Part shown: in pieces, positions 57,201 to 64,000 of the stretch
How positions within the stretch are numbered: the stretch's first letter is position 1
How the letters are laid out: the number at the start of each line of letters is the position of its first letter
Assembly (NCBI GenBank): GCA_964057225.1
Contig: OZ059900.1
Coordinates: 186,001-250,000, forward strand
Source: Auanema rhodensis
Lineage: Eukaryota > Animalia > Nematoda
Direction: 5' to 3'
DNA: 64,000 nucleotides
Notes under the pieces: model-generated
What the model saw: the letters and a program-made list of their open reading frames with translations, nothing else
The model's database searches: none
What the model was told of the DNA's origin: nothing
Translations under genes and position numbers: made by a program

Positions 57201-60200
57201 CATTTCGTGTATTGTGTGTTTGATTCTCGAATCTTAACGAATATGATCAAAATTTACGAGTATCACAGATTTTGTACCAAAAATCGGTGAGTATATGGTG
57301 TTGAAGGTATAAAAACGACCATACTTAGTGTAGTAATGCTATTTGAGCGAAAATCAGTATTTAAACATCATTAGTGTTTAATTAATGACTTTTGTTGTCA
57401 TAGACAATAAAACTATGCTTCTGATCATATATATGAGCGATTTAGCCAAATTAGACTCAAAACTCGTAAATTTCAAAAATGCTTTCTATTTTCGACCTTT
57501 TTTGATCAAAATGAATAAATATCAGTGCAAACTTGTAAAAATGAACTTAATTCGTGTATTGTGTGTTTGATTCTTGAATCTTAACGAATATGATCAAAAT
57601 TTACGAGTATCACAGATTTTGTACCAAAAATCGGTGAGTATATGGTGTTAAAGGCATAAAAACGACCATCCTTAGTGTAGTAATGCTATTTGAGCGAAAT
57701 TCAGTATTAAAACATCACTAGCGTTTAATTGATGACTTTTGTTGTTATAGACAATAAAACTATGCTTTTGATCATATATATGAGCGATTTAGCCAAATTG
57801 GACTCAAAACTCGGAAATTTCAAAAATTCTTTCTATTTTCGATCTTTTTTGATCAAAATGAATAAATATCAGTGCAAACTTGTAAAAATAGACTTATTTC
57901 GTGTATTATGTGTTTGATTCTTGAATCTTAACGAATATGATCAAAATTTACAAGTATTACAGATTTTGTACCAAAAATCGGTGAGTATATGGTGTTAAAG
58001 GCATAAAAACGACCATACTTAGTGTAGTAATGCTATTTGAGCGAAAATCAGTATTTAAACATCACTAGCGTTTAATTAATGACTTTTGTTGTTATAGACA
58101 ATAAAACTATGCTTCTGATCATATATATGAGCGATTTAGCCAAATTAGACTCAAAACTCGTAAATTTCAAAAATTCTTTCTATTTTCGACCTTTTTTGAT
58201 CAAAATGAATAAATATCAGTGCAAACTTGTAAAAATGAACTTAATTCGTGTATTGTGTGTTTGATTCTTGAATCTTAACGAATATGATCAAAATTTACGA
58301 GTATCACAGATTTTGTACCAAAAATCGGTGAGTATATGGTGTTAAAGGCATAAAAACGACCATCCTTAGTGTAGTAATGCTATTTGAGCGAAATTCAGTA
58401 TTAAAACATCACTAGCGTTTAATTGATGACTTTTGTTGTTATAGACAATAAAACTATGCTTTTGATCATATATATGAGCGATTTAGCCAAATTGGACTCA
58501 AAACTCGGACATTTCCAAAATTCTTTCTATTTTCGACCTTTTTTGATCAAAATGAATAAATATCAGTGCAAACTCATAAAAATAGACTTATTTCGTGTAT
58601 TATGTGTTTGATTCTCGAATCTTAACGAATATGATCAAAATTTACAAGTATTACAGATTTTGTACCAAAAATCGGTGAGTATATGGTGTTAAAGGCATAA
58701 AAACGACCATACTTAGTGTAGTAATGCTATTTGAGCGAAATTTAGTGATTTAAACATTATTAGTGTTTAATTAATGACTTTTGTTGTCATAGACAATAAA
58801 ACTATGCTTCTGATCATATATATGAGCGATTTAGCCAAATTAGACTCAAAACTCGTAAATTTCAAAAATTCTTTCTATTTTCGACCTTTTTTGATCAAAA
58901 TGAATATATATCAGTGCAAGCTCATAAAAGTAGACTGATTTTGTGTATTGTATGTTTGATTCTCAAATCTTAACGAATATGATAAAAATTTACGAGTGTT
59001 ACAGATTTTGTACCAAAAATCGGTGAGTATATGGTGTTAAAGGCATAAAAACGACCATACTTAGTGTAGTAATGCTATTTGAGCGAAATTCAGTATTAAA
59101 ACATCACTAGCGTTTAATTGAAGACTTTTGTTGTTATAGACAACAGAACTATGCTTTTGATCATATATATGAGCGATTTAGCCAAATTGGACTCAAAACT
59201 CGGAAATTTCAAAAATTCTTTCTATTTTCGACCTTTTTTGATCAAAATGAATAAATATCAGTGCAAACTTGTAAAAATAGACTTATTTCGTGTATTATGT
59301 GTTTGATTCTCGAATCTTAACGAATATGATCAAAATTTACAAGTATTACAGATTTTGTACCAAAAATCGGTGAGTATATGGTGTTAAAGGCATAAAAACG
59401 ACCATACTTAGTGTAGTAATGCTATTTGAGCGAAATTTAGTGATTTAAACATTATTAGTGTTTAATTAATGACTTTTGTTGTCATAGACAATAAAACTAT
59501 GCTTCTGATCATATATATGAGCGATTTAGCCAAATTAGACTCAAAACTCGTAAATTTCAAAAATTCTTTCTATTTTCGACCTTTTTTGATCAAAATGAAT
59601 ATATATCAGTGCAAGCTCATAAAAATAGACTGATTTTGTGTATTGTATGTTTGATTCTCAATTCTTAACGAATATGATCAAAATTTACGAGTATTACAGA
59701 TTTTGTACCAAAAATCGGTGAGTATATGGTGTTAAAGGCATAAAAACGACCATACTTAGTGTAGTAATGCTATTTGAGCGAAATTCAGTATTAAAACATC
59801 ACTAGCGTTTAATTGAAGACTTTTGTTGTTATAGACAATAGAACTATGCTTTTGATCATATATATGAGCGATTTAGCCAAATTGGACTCAAAACTCGGAA
59901 ATTTCAAAAATTCTTTCTAATTTCGACCTTTTTTGATCAAAATGAATAAATATCAGTGCAAACTTGTAAAAATAGACTTATTTCGTGTATTATGTGTTTG
60001 ATTCTCGAATCTTAACGAATATGATCGAAATTTACAAGTATTACAGATTTTGTACCAAAAATCGGTGAGTATATGGTGTTAAAGGCATAAAAACGACCAT
60101 ACTTAGTGTAGTAATGCTATTTGAGTGAAATTCAGTGATTTAATCATTACTAGTGTATATTTGAAGACTTTTGTTATCATAGACAGTAAAACTATGCTTT

Positions 60201-63200
60201 TGATCATATATATGAGCGATTTAGCCCAATTGGACTCAAAACTCGGAAAATTCAAAAATTCTTTCTATTTTCGACCTTTTTTGATCAAAATGAATAAATA
60301 TCAGTGCAAACTCGTGAAAATAAACTCATTTCGTGTATTGTGTGTTTGATTCTCGAATCTTAACGAATATGATCAAAATTTACGAGTATCACAGATTTTG
60401 TACCAAAAATCGGTGAGTATATGGTGTTGAAGGTATAAAAACGACCATACTTAGTGTAGTAATGCTATTTGAGCGAAAATCAGTATTTAAACATCACTAG
60501 CGTTTAATTGATGACTTTTGTTGTCATAGACAACAAAACTATGCTTCTGATCATATATATGAGCGATTTAGCCAAATTAGACTCAAAACTCGGAAATTTC
60601 AAAAATTCTTTCTATTTTCGACCTTTTTTGATCAAAATGAATAAATATCAGTGCAAACTTGTAAAAATGAACTTAATTCGTGTATTGTGTGTTTGATTCT
60701 TGAATCTTAACGAATATGATCAAAATTTACGAGTATCACAGATTTTGTACCAAAAATCGGTGAGTATATGGTGTTAAAGGCATAAAAACGACCATCCTTA
60801 GTGTAGTAATGCTATTTGAGCGAAATTCAGTATTAAAACATCACTAGCGTTTAATTGATGACTTTTGTTGTTATAGACAATAAAACTATGCTTTTGATCA
60901 TATATATGAGCGATTTAGCCAAATTGGACTCAAAACTCGGAAATTTCAAAAATTCTTTCTATTTTCGATCTTTTTTGATCAAAATGAATAAATATCAGTG
61001 CAAACTTGTAAAAATAGACTTATTTCGTGTATTATGTGTTTGATTCTTGAATCTTAACGAATATGATCAAAATTTACAAGTATTACAGATTTTGTACCAA
61101 AAATCGGTGAGTATATGGTGTTAAAGGCATAAAAACGACCATACTTAGTGTAGTAATGCTATTTGAGCGAAAATCAGTATTTAAACATCACTAGCGTTTA
61201 ATTAATGACTTTTGTTGTTATAGACAATAAAACTATGCTTCTGATCATATATATGAGCGATTTAGCCAAATTAGACTCAAAACTCGTAAATTTCAAAAAT
61301 TCTTTCTATTTTCGACCTTTTTTGATCAAAATGAATAAATATCAGTGCAAACTTGTAAAAATGAACTTAATTCGTGTATTGTGTGTTTGATTCTTGAATC
61401 TTAACGAATATGATCAAAATTTACGAGTATCACAGATTTTGTACCAAAAATCGGTGAGTATATGGTGTTAAAGGCATAAAAACGACCATCCTTAGTGTAG
61501 TAATGCTATTTGAGCGAAATTCAGTATTAAAACATCACTAGCGTTTAATTGATGACTTTTGTTGTTATAGACAATAAAACTATGCTTTTGATCATATATA
61601 TGAGCGATTTAGCCAAATTGGACTCAAAACTCGGAAATTTCAAAAATTCTTTCTATTTTCGACCTTTTTTGATCAAAATGAATATATATCAGTGCAAGCT
61701 CATAAAAATAGACTGATTTTGTGTATTGTGTGTTTGATTCTCAAATCTTAACAAATATGATCAAAATTTACGAGTATTACAGATTTTGTACCAAAAATCG
61801 GTGAGTATATGGTGTTAAAGGCATAAAAACGACCATACTTAGTGTAGTAATGCTATTTGAGCGAAAATCAGTATTTAAACATCACTAGCGTTTAATTGAT
61901 GACTTTTGTTGTCATAGACAACAAAACTATGCTTCTGATCATATATATGAGCGATTTAGCCAAATTAGACTCAAAACTCGGAAATTTCAAAAATTCTTTC
62001 TATTTTCGACCTTTTTTGATCAAAATGAATATATATCAGTGCAAGCTCATAAAAATAGACTGATTTCGTGTATTGTATGTTTGATTGTCAAATCTTAACG
62101 AATATGATCAAAATTTACGAGTATTACAGATTTTGTACCAAAAATCGGTGAGTATATGGTGTTAAAGGCATAAAAACGACCATACTTAGTGTAGTTATGC
62201 TATTTGAGCGAAATTCAGTATTTAAACATCACTAGCGTTTAATTGATGACTTTTGTTGTTATAGACAATAAAACTATGCTTTTGATCATATATATGAGCG
62301 ATTTAGCCAAATTGGACTCAAAACTCGGACATTTCCAAAATTCTTTCTATTTTCGACCTTTTTTGATCAAAATGAATATATATCAGTGCAAACTCATAAA
62401 AATAGACTGATTTTGTGTATTGTGTGTTTGATTCTCAAATCTTAACAAATATGATCAAAATTTACAAGTATTAAAGATTTTGTACCAAAAATCGGTGAGT
62501 ATATGGTGTTAAAGGCATAAAAACGACCATACTTAGTGTAGTAATGCTATTTGAGCGAAATTCAGTATTAAAACATCACTAGCGTTTAATTGATGACTTT
62601 TGTTGTTATAGACAATAAAACTATGCTTTTGATCATATATATGAGCGATTTAGCCAAATTGGACTCAAAACTCGGACATTTCCAAAATTCTTTCTATTTT
62701 CGACCTTTTTTGATCAAAATGAATATATATCAGTGCAAGCTCATAAAAATAGACTGATTTCGTGTATTGTATGTTTGATTCTCGAATCTTAACGAATATG
62801 ATCAAAATTTACGAGTATTACAGATTTTGTACCAAAAATCGGTGAGTATATGGTGTTAAAGGCATAAAAACGACCATACTTAGTGTAGTAATGCTATTTG
62901 AGCGAAATTCAGTATTTAAACATCACTAGCGTTTAATTGATGACTTTTGTTGCTATAGACAATAAAACTATGCTTTTGATCATATATATGAGCGATTTAG
63001 CCAAATTGGACTCAAAACTCGGAAATTTCAAAAATTCTTTCTATTTTCGACCTTTTTTGATCAAAATGAATATATATCAGTGCAAGCTCATAAAAATAGA
63101 CTGATTTTGTGTATTGTGTGTTTGATTCTCAAATCTTAACGAATATGATCAAAATTTACGAGTATTACAGATTTTGTACCAAAAATCGGTGAGTATATGG

Positions 63201-64000
63201 TGTTAAAGGCATAAAAACGACCATACTTAGTGTAGTAATGCTATTTGAGCGAAATTCAGTATTTAAACATCACTAGCGTTTAATTGATGACTTTTGTTGT
63301 TATAGACAATAAAACTATGCTTTTGATCATATATATGAGCGATTTAGCCAAATTGGACTCAAAACTCGGACATTTCCAAAATTCTTTCTATTTTCGACCT
63401 TTTTTGATCAAAATGAATATATATCAGTGCAAGCTCATAAAAATAGACTGATTTCGTGTATTGTATGTTTGATTCTCGAATCTTAACGAATATGATCAAA
63501 ATTTACGAGTATTACAGATTTTGTACCAAAAATCGGTGAGTATATGGTGTTAAAGGCATAAAAACGACCATACTTAGTGTAGTAATGCTATTTGAGCGAA
63601 ATTCAGTATTTAAACATCACTAGCGTTTAATTGATGACTTTTGTTGCTATAGACAATAAAACTATGCTCTTGATTATATATATGAGCGATTCAGCCAAAT
63701 TGGACTCAAAACTCGGAAATTTCAAAAATTCTTTCTATTTTCGACCTTTTTTGATCAAAATGAATATATATCAGTGCAAGCTCATAAAAATAGACTGATT
63801 TTGTGTATTGTGTGTTTGATTCTCAAATCTTAACGAATATGATCAAAATTTACGAGTATTACAGATTTTGTACCAAAAATCGGTGAGTATATGGTGTTAA
63901 AGGCATAAAAACGACCATACTTAGTGTAGTAATGCTATTTGAGCGAAATTCAGTATTAAAACATCACTAGCGTTTAATTGATGACTTTTGTTGTTATAGA
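46155..64000 (+). repeat. 30-mer-period duplication (10414 bp): about 46155-53586 repeated at about 56570-64000
   Basis: Pairs 46273/56687, 46585/56999, 48009/58423, 49711/60125 and 50791/61205, plus rare variants CAAGTATTAAAG (52051/62465) and TTGCTATAG (52538/62952), all differ by 10414. Confidence 0.93.

Larger units (their letters stand above)
15168..64000 (+). repeat. Satellite array, same 347/348-bp monomer, about 140 copies, forward orientation (runs off the right edge)
   Basis: The unit ...CAGATTTTGTACCAAAAATCGGTGAGTATATGGTGTTAAAGGCATAAAAACGACC... recurs every 347-348 bp. ORF-track starts are spaced by 347, 695 and their multiples. The 348-bp form carries AGTGATTTAA in place of AGTATT(T/A)AA. 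Confidence 0.98.

Noticed and set aside
23350-61390. The 61-74 aa ORFs as a tandem small-protein gene family
   Set aside because: They are the same stretch of each satellite monomer and are open only where GACTGA lost its stop (mostly >GACTTA). Many start at TTG/GTG, they are interrupted by stops in most monomers, and they resemble no protein family I recognise.
1-64000. CRISPR array or other repeat-spacer system
   Set aside because: There are no unique spacers. The entire 347-bp unit is repeated, and no cas or other genes are present.
1-64000. 5S rDNA, tRNA, snRNA or spliced-leader tandem gene array
   Set aside because: About 29% GC with no recognisable 5S, tRNA cloverleaf, A/B box or snRNA sequence in the unit.
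1-64000. Assignment to a named satellite family, species or definite centromere
   Set aside because: AT-rich satellites of 340-360 bp occur in many unrelated plants and animals, and I do not recognise this sequence. It needs BLAST against nt/Repbase/PlantSat and CENH3 ChIP or FISH.

Overview
The whole 64 kb window is one uninterrupted AT-rich tandem satellite array of about 184 monomers of 347/348 bp (about 29% GC by hand count of one monomer). I see no genes, RNA genes, transposons or unique sequence. It looks like eukaryotic (peri)centromeric or subtelomeric heterochromatin, but I cannot name the family or organism. The 61-74 aa ORFs are artefacts of one monomer variant (GACTGA>GACTTA), although they are useful positional markers. 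Main structure: (1) an orientation switch at 15165-15167, with about 44 monomers on one strand and about 140 on the other, a short apparently templated junction insert and a second 27>3 bp deletion-insertion 125 bp upstream; (2) two monomer subfamilies in alternating domains; (3) nested recent higher-order duplications with periods of 2, 4/5/10, 7, 9, 24 and 30 monomers; (4) a well-bounded gene-conversion-like tract near 60.5 kb; (5) a monomer that appears to be an old dimer of about 178+169 bp, with a nearly invariant dyad-symmetric core and CpG-deamination polymorphisms. All coordinates and periods were read by eye from diagnostic variants and the ORF track, so block edges are approximate.
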